The notes under the pieces are model-generated. The model saw only the letters and a list, made by a program, of their open reading frames with translations. It had not been told where the DNA came from and did not search any database. Below, piece after piece: positions 1-13,389 of a stretch of DNA of 64,000 nt. Location of the stretch: assembly GCA_965645245.1 (NCBI GenBank), contig OZ287084.1:868001-932000 (forward strand), given 5' to 3'. A program made the position numbers and the translations under genes. The DNA comes from Massalongia carnosa. Lineage: Eukaryota. Numbering within the stretch: position 1 is the stretch's first letter; every line of letters begins with the position of its first letter.

Positions 1-1
1 A

Positions 2-1282
2 GGACTGGCTTTGGATCTGGGAGGTGGAAGTGTTCAATTGACCTGGTTAACTGCTAAAAATGGGAACATTGAGACAAGCTCTAAGGGATCGGTGAGCTTT
101 CCGTATGGAGCTGCTGCTCTCATGAGACTATTAGAAAGTACAGCCGGAGCCAGCGAACAGGATGAATTGCAAAAAGAGCTGGCAGGGGATTTTGAAACCG
201 CTCTTGATGACCTTGACATGCCTTCGAGTCTGATAGGAGATGCTGAAGAGGAAGGTGGTTTCACACTCTACTTAAGCGGTGGAGGATTCCGTGGATGGGG
301 GTACCTTCTCATGTCCATTCATGCCGCCCAGCCTTATCCAATTCCCATCATCAACGGCTTTCGTGTTCCCCAATCTTCTTTCCTCCCGAAATTGTCTCAG
401 TCTCCCACCGAGGGCTCCACGTTTCGGATCTCCTCCCGCCGCGCGACTCAAGTTCCTGCAGTGAAGTTTCTGATCACTGCTCTTATAAAATCTTTGCCAT
501 CAATCTCCAACATTTATTTCGCCCAAGGGGGTCTCCGAGAAGGTCTCTTGTTTTCTCGTCTTCCCGCCGCTATCCGCTCCCAAGACCCGCTCGTCACCGC
601 AACCGTGCAATACGCCCCCGTTTCTACTCCGATCCTGGCTGCACTCCTACTTTCTGCGTTGCCCCCATCATTAGTGGAGCACGACGTCAACCCCACCCCA
701 CCTCTTCCCTCTCCCGATTTTTTAACGGCGACCATACATCTGTTAATGGCTCACGCAAACCTCCCAAAGGATATCCGAGCAGCTGCAGCGCTCAGGACGA
801 CGACAACCGGTCTACTTGCCAACGCGCACGGAATCTCGCACGACGAGCGGGCGTTGTTAGCTCTTGTTCTCTGCGAACGTTGGGGCGGAGAACTCAGCCC
901 CTCAGATACCGACTTCCACGCCAATCTGCAAGAACTTATCGGCCAAAAAGCCAGTTGGTGGGCCAAGTACCTTGGCCGGGTCGCTCGCGGCATTGGCGAT
1001 GTTTTTCCTGCCGGCTTGGTTCGTGAAGCTGAAAAAGACTCGACAGTGAAGCTCAAGGTCGAATGGAGCACGTCGAGCTCAACGAAGAAAATGAAGACGA
1101 GCAGTGCAACTGAGAAGGTTATCTCTATGGAGATTTTGCAGTTGAGACAGGGTATCGACGGCGTGCTTGACGACTGGCGGGATGGGTTGGAGAAGGTGGG
1201 AAAGAGGAAACATTGGGTGGGCGGGGAAAGGGGGTTTGGGTGTAGAGTAGAGGTGAGGGTAGAGAGGAGGGTAGGCAGTTGA
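2..1282 (+). CDS. RTG2: Retrograde regulation protein 2 (Ppx/GppA family), 5' end outside window
   Basis: Open frame from the window edge; ASKHA-type motifs DLGGGSVQL, LYLSGGGFRGWGY, YPIPIINGF and FAQGGLREG typical of fungal Rtg2. Confidence 0.85.
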   Translation, partial: GLALDLGGGSVQLTWLTAKNGNIETSSKGSVSFPYGAAALMRLLESTAGASEQDELQKELAGDFETALDDLDMPSSLIGDAEEEGGFTLYLSGGGFRGWGYLLMSIHAAQPYPIPIINGFRVPQSSFLPKLSQSPTEGSTFRISSRRATQVPAVKFLITALIKSLPSISNIYFAQGGLREGLLFSRLPAAIRSQDPLVTATVQYAPVSTPILAALLLSALPPSLVEHDVNPTPPLPSPDFLTATIHLLMAHANLPKDIRAAAALRTTTTGLLANAHGISHDERALLALVLCERWGGELSPSDTDFHANLQELIGQKASWWAKYLGRVARGIGDVFPAGLVREAEKDSTVKLKVEWSTSSSTKKMKTSSATEKVISMEILQLRQGIDGVLDDWRDGLEKVGKRKHWVGGERGFGCRVEVRVERRVGS

Positions 1283-2086
1283 GGTTTGGTACACTGGTGA
1301 GCTGAGGATCAACATTAGAGACATCATGACTTACGCGATACGAATGGATTATACCCCAAGTTGCATGAGAACAATCTTTACGAATCGACCACGCTTCAAC
1401 ATCTCCAATACAAGGCCGACCACCGCGTAGGCTCCAAGAAGTTCTTCGTCTTGTCACTCAATGGCAAGAATTAAACCCCTCGCAGCCAGGGCCAGAGACT
1501 CAGCTATCAAAAGTATCAGTCCCAATGAAGCATAATATTCCTAATAGGTTGATCTGCAAGTTCGGTTTTTTTTGGCTGGAAGGTCACATTTCGAGCATTC
1601 AATGTGAAGTTTCAAGCTGCTAGCTAAATCTTCCTCTGGCTTGCGAACAATCGTTGAATTTCCACGACTCAAAGCTGATATAGGGAACTTGGTAACTCGT
1701 TCTTCACGTGGGCTTTCGCGTCTCACTTGTAGCCTTTCCAATCGTGAAGTTCTTTCCATCAACCACCATATCATTGGGATATCAGTGGGTATTTATTATC
1801 ATTTGTTCCTTGCATTCCCAACTGTTCCAACGACTATGGGGGTATCGTCAAATGTATGACTTGTGTCTATTTTCAATGTATTGTTGGGAATGGAGTCTTC
1901 AACGCCATTTATGATCTTTACACCACTCCTTTTCGGACTCAATCACACCGTTTGATCCAAGGTGAAGATGAAGAGTCATTATGAGAGAGACACCATTTTG
2001 CAAAAGAAGTCTTCCTTCCCCAACCCTCCATCTCCCTCACTCTCTCTTTTTCCCCATCCCCATCTTCCACCCCTCTCCGAGCGAAT

Positions 2087-3167
2087 ATGTGCCAAGCCCC
2101 CGTTAAAAAGTACGCCTGCGGCGACACCGAACGCGCCCTCTTCTCCTGCGAAGAGTTCTCCACAAACAGCACCTGCGATAAACCAGAGGAAGATAATGTG
2201 TTCGACCACATCGATCGCAAATGCCCCGAATGCGCGCACATGGACGAGGCCCTGAAGCGCGTCGTCGAGGACGGTAGCTTGGCTCCTGAACCAAAGCGTA
2301 CCAGCACGGACGGAGAGAGGGATTCGAGCAAGCCGAGGAGATATTTCAAGAGGTACATCAAGTGGACCAAATGCGGCTATATGAAACACCATCCCTTTCA
2401 TTCCCCTTCAAATCCCTAATCTGACTCGGAAAAGTCTAACCTCCCTTCTCACCCCCCAATCTGACTCGGAAAAGTCTAACCTCCCCTCTCACCCCCTTTC
2501 ATAGATCTTAGCCACCCCAAATGGACCGACATCGAGCGCTTCGACGATGGCCCTGATACAAAGGCTTTGTGCTCGAAGGCCTCGGTCGCTGCCATGGCTG
2601 CGCCGAAGCCGACCCGGTCACCCTCTGCCCGCATGCAGGCAACTGGCGCCCTCAACACCCTGGACCCGTGGGGCTTCATGGAGCGCGAACCCCAGAATAA
2701 CCGCCGGCTCTTCCGCCGTGGCGGAGCGGCTTTCCAACGAGGCCATCGCAATGGGCATCACGGACGATGCGCTTCGTGATCTGCGCCCAGGGAATACGGC
2801 AAATCGCGGGTCTATGACGGCGCGGTTGCCAGGGTACAAGACCAGCCTCGCTGCTGGAGCTGGAGTGGGCCGCGTGGTGGGATCCTGCTCGTACTCGCGG
2901 TCCTCGTCGCCAGGTATGGATGGGGGCACTGGCAAGGGCAAGGGGCGGCGCGAACACGGAGCGAGAATTTATAAGTTACGGTACGGCCACCACATCGATA
3001 AGGAGAACGACGACCACGAAGAAGAGCCCGCGCGGGGCGAGTCTGGCGGTTCCTCAAAACTCAATTCTGATGAGGATGGCTTTGCTCGCCCTCCTACTCG
3101 TCGGGTGAAGGCTTATGGCCTGGAGGATGCCTGGCCTGCGTTTCGCCGGCCGCAGTTCGAAAGCTAG
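2087..3167 (+). pseudogene. Disrupted Cys-rich hypothetical protein with two putative Zn-binding modules
   Basis: Module 1 MCQ..KYACG..C..C..RKCPEC; module 2 KWTKCG(Y)LSHPKW..EGLGRCHGCA is split across frames. The apparent intron 2379-2504 has a CTAAC branch site and TAG acceptor but starts AT, not GT; about three frame changes at 2550-2700. Confidence 0.5.
2418..2497 (+). repeat. 40-bp tandem duplication inside the apparent intron
   Basis: AATCTGACTCGGAAAAGTCTAACCTCCCYTCTCACCCCC occurs twice with period 40. Confidence 0.9.
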
Positions 3168-3806
3168 CGACGAAGAAAAAGACGAGGAGGGGGACGAGAG
3201 TGATGATGATGATTGGGCGAAGGCACGCCTCCCGCAAGCTTGGGGCTCGGGGGCTCGAACTTCCGCTGGTAGAGGGAGAAACTGCAACAGCATAAACACG
3301 GGAGAGAAGGAGCAGGACGCCAAGGAAACGCTGACGATCTCGAAGAGCGAGAGGTGGCGCTTGGGCATTCCGGCCGGGATGCAGTTAACGCGGAGCGGCT
3401 TGGTGCGGTTCGCGGCCTGGAGGAGCGAGGAGAGGAGGTTGGCTATGGGGCTGGATGGGGCGGAAGGGGGGGAGGAGATAGGATAGGGAGGGAAGTCGGT
3501 GAGGGGGTTGGGTTTTGGAGGGGGAGCGAGGACGGGAGGGGAGGGTGTGGGCGAAGTTAGGTCAGCGGGCAAGGGACACTGTACATAGATATGGAGTACC
3601 CATACGAAACCTATGATCATGAATGCCCCCCACTTTTTCTCCACTTGGCTCACCTTGCACCTATGCTACGGGGTAATTCATTGATCTCCTCGCTTCTGGT
3701 CGACCTGCCTAAGCTGGATATGTATTCTCTGTACGATAGATACGATACGATAAGTACGGGGAAATGATCGGTTGATGGATGAAAATGGAGGATAACCACA
3801 CGCCCG

Positions 3807-5988
3807 TCAAAGCACATACCGGAACCCCGCTCCGTAGTTCTCTGCTCCTCCTTCGCCGCTTCCCTCCCTCTCCTCGCCTCCACTTCCACCCCCATCCCTA
3901 CTCCTCCATTCCCCCCACCTGCCCACTTCCGCTCCAGCTTCCGGTTCTCCCGCTGCAGTAGAACCCTCAGCGTAACGGCCAGCCCGCCGACCAGAAACGT
4001 GAAGGCGGCAGAGACGGCCATGCCTTTGGTGTAGCGCGGGGCGTCGCTTTCGGTGAAGAGGTTGATGCCGAGGAGAGTCTAGAAAAAAGGGGGGAGTGGT
4101 TTATTAGTGGGTATTAGACTGGGTGGATGGATGGTTTGCATTCTTTTGTTTTGTTTTTGTTTTTGTTTTTTTGGTTTGATGTGGGAGGTGTGGGTGTGAT
4201 GGAGTAGTTGTTGTTAGGGAGGGGAAGGGAAGGGAAGGGAAGGAGAATGGTTACGCCGCATTGGCCTCCTACGCTTTGAAAGGCCACGCCAGTTCCGCGC
4301 CGAGTATCGGTGCCTTGATTATCTGGGTTTCAAGCCATTAGTTGTTGAACCGAGTGCTCAAAGGGCTGTAGAAGAAGGCATTTGGATTACTTACTGACGA
4401 CCCATGGAAGAAGGTTCGCCACGCACCCGAGGACCTAGAAATACTCTAGGTAAGCTCTTTGTGCGGGAATCAAATACCATGAGAACGAAGGAAGAAGAAA
4501 AAAATAATACAAGACCCTCACCCCAGCCGCGGCGAGAAACACGCCAAAATAACCCACGCCCACTATATTGCAGGCGGCCAGCAAGACGTAGCCGACGCCG
4601 TCGATGACAGAGAGCGCGATTATCGTCAATCCTCTCTGCTGATACTTGTCTGCGAGAAAGGTGCTGAAAAGTGTGATTAGGAAGGCGAGGAGGTAAGGGG
4701 GGGCGGTGAGGCCTTGGGCGTTGATGGAGCTGAAGCCCATATCTTCAAGAATGGTAGGAAGGAAGACTGAGAATTATTTAGGCGTTAGTTGGTCGTGATC
4801 GGGAGAAGGGATTGAGCTATTGGCTTTAGGGGATTTTAAGGGGGTTACCGGGAAGGGAGGAGAAGCCGACGTTGCAGCCGAAATCCATGAGCTATGGAAT
4901 ATTAATCATTCCCAAGATTAGCTCCATGTAGACAAATATAAATGCTTGAAGAACCTCTAAGGACGTTTTCAAAATTAACTCACCGCGGTAACCCAACATT
5001 TGGGGTCTAATAGGGCAGCCCCTACGTCCGTCCACACAACCCCCGCTACCCTCTGCTCCTTGCCAATCTGCCTTTCGCTTCTAGCCTTCGCAGTGCGTTT
5101 CTCCTCCTCGTTCAGAAATCGTGCCTTATCCGGGGAATCCGGCAGGAAAAAGAATGCTACCGGCGCCATGAGAATGGTCGGAAGCCCCTCAACTAAGAAC
5201 AGCAAACGCCAGTTTGCCAATTGAGAATGGCCTGAAGTGATCCCGTACGCTAGAGCGCCGGCAAACATGTTCGCCTGGGGAGCCGCTGCAAAATACATGC
5301 CGAAACGCAATCCGAGTTCGTGCCGGAGGTAAAAAAACGACATGAGGTAGGGGACGCCAGGTGCAAACCCGTTTTCGAATAATCCGAGGAAGAATCGCAG
5401 GGCCATTTCGGCTTGCCATGAGTGTACCGTAGCTTGCAGTGCTGCGAAAACACCCCAGCCTAGAATTGTGGTTGCGACCCAGATGTGAGGCGGTATGATC
5501 CCATACAATATGGCCTGGACCGCAAATATGATGTAGGCAATGTAGAAGATGGTGAGGAGTGACTGATAGCGGTTTCCCTCAAAATGGAGGGCTCCTTCCA
5601 TGCCGGCAATACGAACGTTTCTGCCTTTCCCATTAGCTGTTGCCGCTCGAAAGTCTTACTTACAGCTAAACCGTACCCGATATTTGAACGGTCTAATGTG
5701 GCAAGAAGATCTAAATGGTAAAATTTTAGCCTTGTTGTAGTGATATGCAGAAGATGAGAGGAACCGACATAAAGCACTCAGTAGAATAACCACCCTCCGA
5801 TCAAGTTTACGGACAAGCGCATTTTCAGCCTTCGGGTCGACATTCTAGTTATGTTGGACCGCCTCGTTGATCGGGTCAGTTTTACCTTTCTTTTCAACAT
5901 CTGCTGCTGGGGAGTGGTATTCGCCATCTTCCTTAGGAACGATTCTCGCGGTTGGAGGAGCACGCTGGTATCCAGTCAAAAGCCCCAT
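3807..5988 (-). pseudogene. MFS transporter (Dal5/Tna1 anion:cation symporter type), disrupted
   Basis: Multi-exon; motifs LVRKLD, LDRSNIG, WRLLFLVEGLPT, LPDSP, APPY, APRY. In-frame TAG at 5845-5847 in exon 1; the family-typical end ENYGAGFRYVL* (stop 3807-3809) is out of frame with the last exon. Confidence 0.8.
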
Positions 5989-6957
5989 GGGTCACCAACC
6001 AAAGAAGGGTAGAATCTTTGCCCTATGCAGGTTCAAAAAAATGACCAGAACATAAATCAACGAGAAAGGAGGAATGGATGTATTTCAATGTCATAAGAAA
6101 GAGATTGAAATATCTCGCATGCAAACCTTCGTCATACCTAGACCACTTGGTACATGTTTCCAAGACGCATATGTAAATGCAAATGAATACCGCGAACTTT
6201 GTTGGCTAATCACAGTTCTCCGATCTTCTCCATACATGGTGGTTGGCATCCTGCTTATACTCGCAAAGTTTAAAATATTACATGAACTCAGAAGCCATTA
6301 ATCTTGCTTGTTTACTCTTCAACTGCAGCGCAAAGGATATCGAAACACTCGTGCTGGTTGTAGATTCAACCGGGACATTCGAAGATCGATGCGTATGTGG
6401 GACAAGGTGTGCTTACCAAATACAAAATATATCACCCTCCCGCGCTAAAACCTCGACGCTCTAATGGTTTGCTAGAAAAATTGAGCTTAGGTGAAATAAT
6501 AGGAAAGGTATGTGAAGCTTGGGTGTCATTGCATCAGACCCGCCTGTTGGTTCGATCACCCAGTATCTCTAGAAATCAAGTAGCGAGACCGAGTATGTGA
6601 GGTAGATAAAAATGAACGATGCCCGTAAAAGCTGCCTTGTTGCTCCCTTGGATCTGACTTGATGCTACTCTGCGGGCGTGAATACCAAACAACAAAGAAT
6701 GCGATAACCTTTTAGAAGGCAGTAGGAAAAAGCGTGAATGACACCCGTGCAATTGATTCGATTATCAGTGAGCAGCTTTGTCAGCCGAGAGGTCATAGAT
6801 CTGGTCAATGAAAAGACGCTGCCCACAATTCCGTTCGCTCCATTAAATATGTAACACAGCTCTTCTAAAGGTACATATATGAACCCAGCGCCCAGGAATG
6901 CAAGTCGAAATAATATGCACTTGCTCGGTAGAACATATTTTTTTCTGACAGCGCTGA

Positions 6958-8003
6958 TCAGATGTTTGTTGTGACGTTGCTGAACTCGCCCTTCTCCAGC
7001 TTCGTCTTCCAGAAGATTGGATTGGTATCCTTTCAGAAATATCAGTATGATAGGTAGATACGAGCGGCTTTTGCACGTCGGAGACTCACATTGAAACCAT
7101 GTTTCACCCATCCATCTTCCTTGACATGATACAGATTGATGAATCCACCCGAATAGGCATCCCTGTGGGTAGCCGCAAGAATACTCCTCCGACCTAGTTC
7201 TAATGCCTCTTCTTCGGTCAGGTCGTAATGGTACTCGGCATCCAACACGCCATACGCAAAAGTCTGTCCTGATCCCACGCAGAAAAGGTTACCCGCGAGC
7301 CGGGTCCCGTCTGAATCGATATAGTAAAGGGCAGGGCCTTCTTGGGGAGTTACGCCAGCACACATTGTTCCCATGCTCAATCCCATGCCTTTATAGGAGT
7401 AAACAAGGTTCGAAAGAATTTTGGAGGCTGCTGCAACTGATATACGGCGCTTATGACGAAGCTCGTGTAGGCGGCATTGCATACCTAGGTAGGCAAGCCA
7501 GTACTGACAATCCTTTTACATAGCATTATTAGCCTCAAATAAATAAATAAATAGACAAGTGTCAAATTCTTACCGCAGCACCACCAGCCATGGTTCCTAG
7601 AAGGCAATTATTAATCTCGATCACTTTCTTTACGGTCTGGCTAGCAATCCAGTTTCCAGCCGTGGCTCTAGAATCCGTGCAAACGATTATTCCGCCTTGA
7701 AACCGAAATGCAAGAGTAGTAGTACCATGAGCAAGCTTGATGGGACAGTTTGGATTTGCGTGATCATCGGTGACTGCGCGTAGAAATGCAGAGGGCTGCG
7801 TATGACCACAATTAGCCATCTTGTGCTAAAGAATGCAAATGCGCAGATCAGGCAACAAATCCTCGCCTTACATTTGCTATTGGAGGCATAGCGAATCTTA
7901 GCGATAAGGGAGGTGTTGTCTCCGATAGTTCTCGATGATCCTGGTCAGAATATCCTTCATTTTGGAACACTGGCCGACTATATTGGGCCACTAATGAATC
8001 CAT
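6958..8003 (-). CDS. PRE2: 20S proteasome subunit beta5
   Basis: Propeptide followed by HG/TTTLAF processing site, [24 protein letters not shown]; four exons with GT-AG introns. Confidence 0.97.
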
Positions 8004-8516
8004 GCCGTGGTCGTGCTAGAACTAAAATGTCTCAAAGAGTGTGAAGAAGGGTGAGATAGCAGGGGCTGAACTTGAAAGAGAAGGGAAAGAAGCTAAGTTA
8101 TGGATCTTTGTCAGAATTATAAACGGCAAGGTAGCTCAAGCTGTCACGTAAGCTATCACCAGCCTTAAGATACCATGATACCTTAGCGTGCTTAGCATTC
8201 TTACTCTAGGTGAAATGAGTAACCCGAAGGTACGCCAAGTGATTCTAAGCTAGTAACGAATACTACACTACCTTCGGACTCTATACAAGGCTGAATTTCA
8301 CAGGTTCAAATCATTTCTCTGTGCTACCCCGTCTATCTCTTCCCCTTCACGTCAACAGGCTTCAAGTGCAACTTGCTAGGACATTCACGGAAATTCTCTT
8401 TCTCTAAATTTTATTCTCAAAAGCCCTCATACATCTAGGTTTAGAAAACAAGCGGGACAATTAACGAACATAGCGAGTTCATCTCTCAAGTAATTCCTCC
8501 CCAACGGCCAATAGCA

Positions 8517-10250
8517 ATGGCGGTCGAGGTGACTCTCAACACACCTCTTGCCGACGCGCTCAGCGATGTCGTACAGCCAAAACTGTCGGAAATTGGCTGG
8601 AACACTGGAGGACTTGATGATTCAGCTCTTGGAGAATACATCATCTTGATGTTGGTAAATGGGAAAACGCAAGAACAGATTGCTGCGGAGCTCTCAAATG
8701 ACTTGTTGAACCTGGAACCTGACAATGCCGGAGCAATAGACTTTTCTAGATGGCTCTTCGAGCAAGTGGACCTTCTCAATAGTCAATTAAATGGTGCTTC
8801 TACATTGCAGGCGCCAGGAGTAGCTGAGGCGCAGAGTCTGTCACCGTACACACAGATTGGGAACTCAGACCCTCGGGGAAGCAGACAACCTGACAGCGGG
8901 GGGAGTGCAGATACGGATATGGTCGAAGCAATGGATGGCATTCAAGAGGGCGTACAAGGTGGTACAATGTACGTAATTCAGAGCGCGATGTGCTCTATAT
9001 AATCACTGGTGCTGACGACTTATTAAAGACCAACGGGACCAAAATCTATGCGCAGCGGTTCACGCAATGGAAATAAGAGGCTCATGGGGCAAATATCGAA
9101 AGCGATGGATCGATCAAGCGACTCCCCTCTGCACCGTGTCAGATCACAGCAAGGCACAGAACGCATCAATATGCACAATCGACAGCCGCCAAAGGGACCT
9201 CGGAACGACCAAGCTCGGAGCCAAAGAACACAGCCAAATGGGAGACCAACAGGTTTATCAAATGGGGGTATGCCAAACAGGCCTTTGCACAACAGTTCCC
9301 AAGGCGGTCTTAATATGCAGATGACCCCTCAACAGCAGATGCAATTGTTTGCAATGTATGAGGAACAGGCACGGATGATGTCACAAATCTTCTCGCCACA
9401 ACAGCAGCAAATATTCATGCCAGGAATGCCACAGCCGGCCATAAACCCTGCATTCCAGAATGGAGGCCATCATCTCGGACAGCAATCTGGTCGGTCACTA
9501 TTTGACAGGGTTGAACAAAACCCTCAGCGGCAACAAGGAGCTTTTGTAAAACGCCAGCAACAGAACGGCGGGTATCATCCACCTAGAAACCAGCCTGATA
9601 TAGCTATGGCTACGGAAGTCCAACACACATCAACGAATGGTGATATTTCCTCTTCCATGGAAGTGGAAAGTTCTCAAAACACGGCATCTGAGCCTTCTCC
9701 TGACACCCTTTGTAAATTCAATTTGTCATGTACCAAAAAAGATTGTATCTTTGCTCACCAATCCCCCGCTGCTCCACCCGGGACCACGGTAGATGTCAGC
9801 GATCATTGTCCATTCGGCGCAGCCTGTAAGAACCGGAAATGCGTGGCACGTCATCCTTCCCCGTCACAGAAAGTTACGCATCAAGCTGAACAGGACTGCA
9901 AGTTCTTTCCCAACTGCACCAACGCTTCATGCCCATTCCGCCATCCAACCATGCCCATGTGCCGGAATGGAGCGGACTGTACGAGGGAAGGCTGTAAATT
10001 TACACACGTCAGGATCATGTGCAAGTTCAATCCGTGCCTCAATGCGGCTTGTCCTTACAAACATGTCGAGGGTCAAAAGCGAGGCGTGTTTGATGATAAG
10101 GTGTGGGTGGCTGAAGGCAGCCAAGAGAAGGAGCATGTCAGCGAAAGGAAATTTGTTGATGATACAATGGTCGAGGAAGAGCTGATCGTACCGGAGAACC
10201 CGGCTCACGGAAGCCGGCCTTCCAGCGTTGGCGCCGAGGTTGTGACCTAG
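8517..10250 (+). CDS. NAB2: Nuclear poly(A) RNA-binding protein, N-terminal PWI-like domain plus tandem CCCH fingers
   Basis: ALGEYIILMLVNGK N-terminal motif; five C-x5-C-x4-C-x3-H fingers; intron 8969-9028. Confidence 0.9.
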
Positions 10251-10822
10251 CAAAGGGGTTCGCTGCGGTGGATGGTCCTGACGCTGGTGGAGGCTTTCAC
10301 CGGCTCCATGTTTCTGGAGGATGCACATGAGGCGTTACATGTCTACCAAATTCATTTATACTGGTGTTGCGCTCGGGATTTATGTGCTCGAAGCGGAGGG
10401 GGAAATTTGGCGTTCCCAGAGACTTGTAACCACCTTATCTGATGGTTGGAGAGGATGACTTTACAGAATTCAGATGAATCGAGAGTGACTGAGTTACCGA
10501 TCAGATGAAGATGAAGAGATGAAGATTGGCAGCATTTTTATGTAGTCCATACTAGGCAGGAACTTGTACCTAAGTATGTCAGTAAGGAGAGCTTTTGTAA
10601 ACCTGTGGTACTCTTATGTACAATAACTTATGAACAGCGGAACCTGCCGGCAGCTAGCTAATTAGTAAACTAGCGGGCCGGTCCGCTCTTCATTTTGAAC
10701 TCAATCAAGCCTCCATGTTAGTTATTCTATACGGAGTACATATTACCATTTTTACTCTAGCTGCGAATGTAACATACACACTTATGCATTAGCAGTTCTA
10801 TACGAACATTGTTTCTTCTTCC

Positions 10823-12668
10823 ATGTATAAACTGGACCCGCCTCATAGAGGCTATGTCAACACACTTGATCTGCTGTTGAAACAATGCTACACTTCTCCA
10901 GCTTGTCATAAATCATCGCCTAAGCGATGCTATTCCACCAGTGCACCTGTAGCCGCTATCCATCATGAGGCAACTGACATCGCTGTGCTTGGAGGCGGCA
11001 TCACTGGTTTAGCTAGTGCCTATTACCTGTCGAGAGAGCTGCCGAATGCCAAAGTTACACTCTTGGAAGGCAGATCACGGTTGGGAGGCTGGCTCCAGAC
11101 AAAGACAGTTGACGTGGGCAATGGAAAAGTGTTGTTTGAACAGGGTCCACGGAATTTACGTCCAAGCATGCCAAATGGACATGTCACCCTGGACCTTGTG
11201 GGCACACCTTGAGCGTTCTACCGTATTTACTGATTCAAATAGGTTTCCAAGCTTGGTTTGGAACATCGGCTTCTCTCCACCAAAAAAAACTCCGCTGCAG
11301 CTCAAAATCGGTTTATATATTACCCTGACCATCTCGTGCGCATGCCTGGTCCAGGACAATCTCTCTTGGGAACTTTGTTTGCTTTTTTTTCAGAGCCTAT
11401 TTTCAAGGGGGTGCTTCTTGGGTGTTGTGCGGAGCCGTTCAAGCCTCGACGCCACGAGGATTTGATAGATGAATCTGTGGGTTCATTTCTTTCGCGGCGA
11501 TTTGGACCGTATATGGCCGACAACATCGCTTCTGCTGTGCTGCACGGTATCTACGCCGGTGATGTGTATCAGTTGAGCGTTCGTAGTCTTTTGCCAAGGG
11601 TGTGGCTGGCGGAGTGGGAAGATGGCTCTGTTTTAAAGGGGTACATTGAGCAAACTGTTAATGCAACTATGCCGGTTCTCAAGGAGGATATACCTTTCAT
11701 GGAAATACCAGCCAGCATAAACATGGAGGACGCTAGTGTTTTCACATTCGTTGGTGGACTTGGAGAACTGGCTGATAAACTCGCGTCTGAACTAAGTAAC
11801 AACCCGAATATTAAGATTCACACCGGAACCTGGATCAAAGACCTATCACTAAATCACAGCGACACAACCACTCAGGTACGAAAACCTACATGTACCAGCT
11901 ATGTGGAAAACCCATAAATATCTTCAGCAAAGACGAGTCATCTTTGCTAATGCCTCACTCCAAACATAGATCGAGATAAACCGCACATGTTCTAGCAACC
12001 TCCTTATCAAAGAAAACTTTACCCACGTAATCTCCACCATCTCCGGCGTCAATCTTGACAAAATCGCCGACGTCCCCCCACTGGCGTTCACCCCCTCTGT
12101 CACGGTAATGGTCGTGAACCTCTTCTTTCGCAGCCGGGAACTGCTCCCGGTCCACGGATTCGGATACCTGATCCCCCGCTCCATCCCCTATGTAGAGAAC
12201 CCAGAATACGCGCTTGGGGTCGTGTTCGACAGCGATGCCACCGTCGGCCAGGATACTATCCACGGAACCAAAGTCACCGTCATGCTCGGCGGGCACTGGT
12301 GGGCGGACATGCCTTGCCCAGACGAAGATGAAGGCGCCACTATGGCGAAGGCGGTTCTCAAGCGCCACCTCGGCATCGACGAGGAACCCGCGGCCGTGAG
12401 GGTGAGTTTGCAGCGGGACTGTATTCCGCAATATATAGTGGGACACGACGAGCGCATGGGCGAGGCGAGCGTGCTGCTGGACAGGAAGTTTGGCGGCCGG
12501 CTGAGGGTGGCGGGGAACAGTTATACGGGGGTGGGGCTGAACGACTGCGTGAGGGCGGCAAGGGATGTTGTGGCGGGCCTGGTGGAGGGGACGGGGCGGA
12601 CGGGGCTGGATGGGTTCGTGGGGGGAAGGAAGTGGGTTTGGATGCAGGGCAAAAGGGATGGGGGGTGA
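10823..12668 (+). CDS. HEM14: Protoporphyrinogen oxidase
   Basis: IAVLGGGITGL FAD motif, RLGGW, FEQGPR, GIYAGD, GFGYLIP, CIPQY, GVGLNDC; two introns (about 11198-11242 and 11876-11969) join the three ORFs in frame. Confidence 0.93.
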
Positions 12669-13056
12669 TTGCTGAGGCTTCTTGGGACGACGGATCTATA
12701 GCTAACTATGGTAGGGGACGAACAGGCTTTGCGGTATGATACCTTGCCTATATGGCTCCGCGTTTGATAAACTCGTTGACGCTCCACATAGAAAATAATA
12801 CAGTCCCATCAACACTTGAATACATACCTACCTACATATAACGTCCAAACCGCACCCTCCACCTCCCTTTCTCCTTTCCTACGTATTTCACTAACCGCTA
12901 AATCAAGAAGATCTACCATCGCTGCTCCACGAGCAAACCTCACCACCAACCACGTTCGGCCTTCTCTCCAATCTTGCCACCCCCATAAACTCTGGCTCCC
13001 ACTTAAGCTTTCTCCTAATTATACATATACCTAATCTAAATACCCCGAGAAAATAA

Positions 13057-13236
13057 CCAGCCAGCCAGCCAGCCAGCCAGCCTAAACATTCCCATCATTA
13101 TAACCATGATCATAATCATCATCCCCTCTTCCTCTCCCATCGCTTTACCGGCCCCCCCTCCCTTTCTATATAATGAACAAATCAAAACTCCCAAATCCCA
13201 GGGGTATCCACAGCATACCCCCCCCCCCCCCCCCCC
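13057..13236. repeat. (CCAG)6 microsatellite and C19 homopolymer between convergent HEM14 and PYM1
   Basis: CCAG x6 at 13057-13080; 19 C at 13218-13236. Confidence 0.9.
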
Positions 13237-13389
13237 AAAACGCCTTTTATAGCTTATGTCTTCCTTGTCGGTCGGGTCTTTAATGGCCTTGTTGGTAGGC
13301 TTCAGGACGAAACAGTAGCGTTGATATTAGCTCTTGGACCAGTCATCCTTCTGCATTGAACCACAAGCCCCGCCCACCCGGCCGCCTGC

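Noticed and set aside
2379..2504. U12-type AT-AC intron
   Set aside because: Lacks the ATATCCTT donor and ends in AG; a mutated GT donor is simpler.
3054..3653. Pro-rich and Gly/Arg-rich ORFs here and at 13334-13981 and 26201-26997
   Set aside because: Stop-poor by-products of GC-skewed low-complexity sequence or antisense shadows; no motifs.
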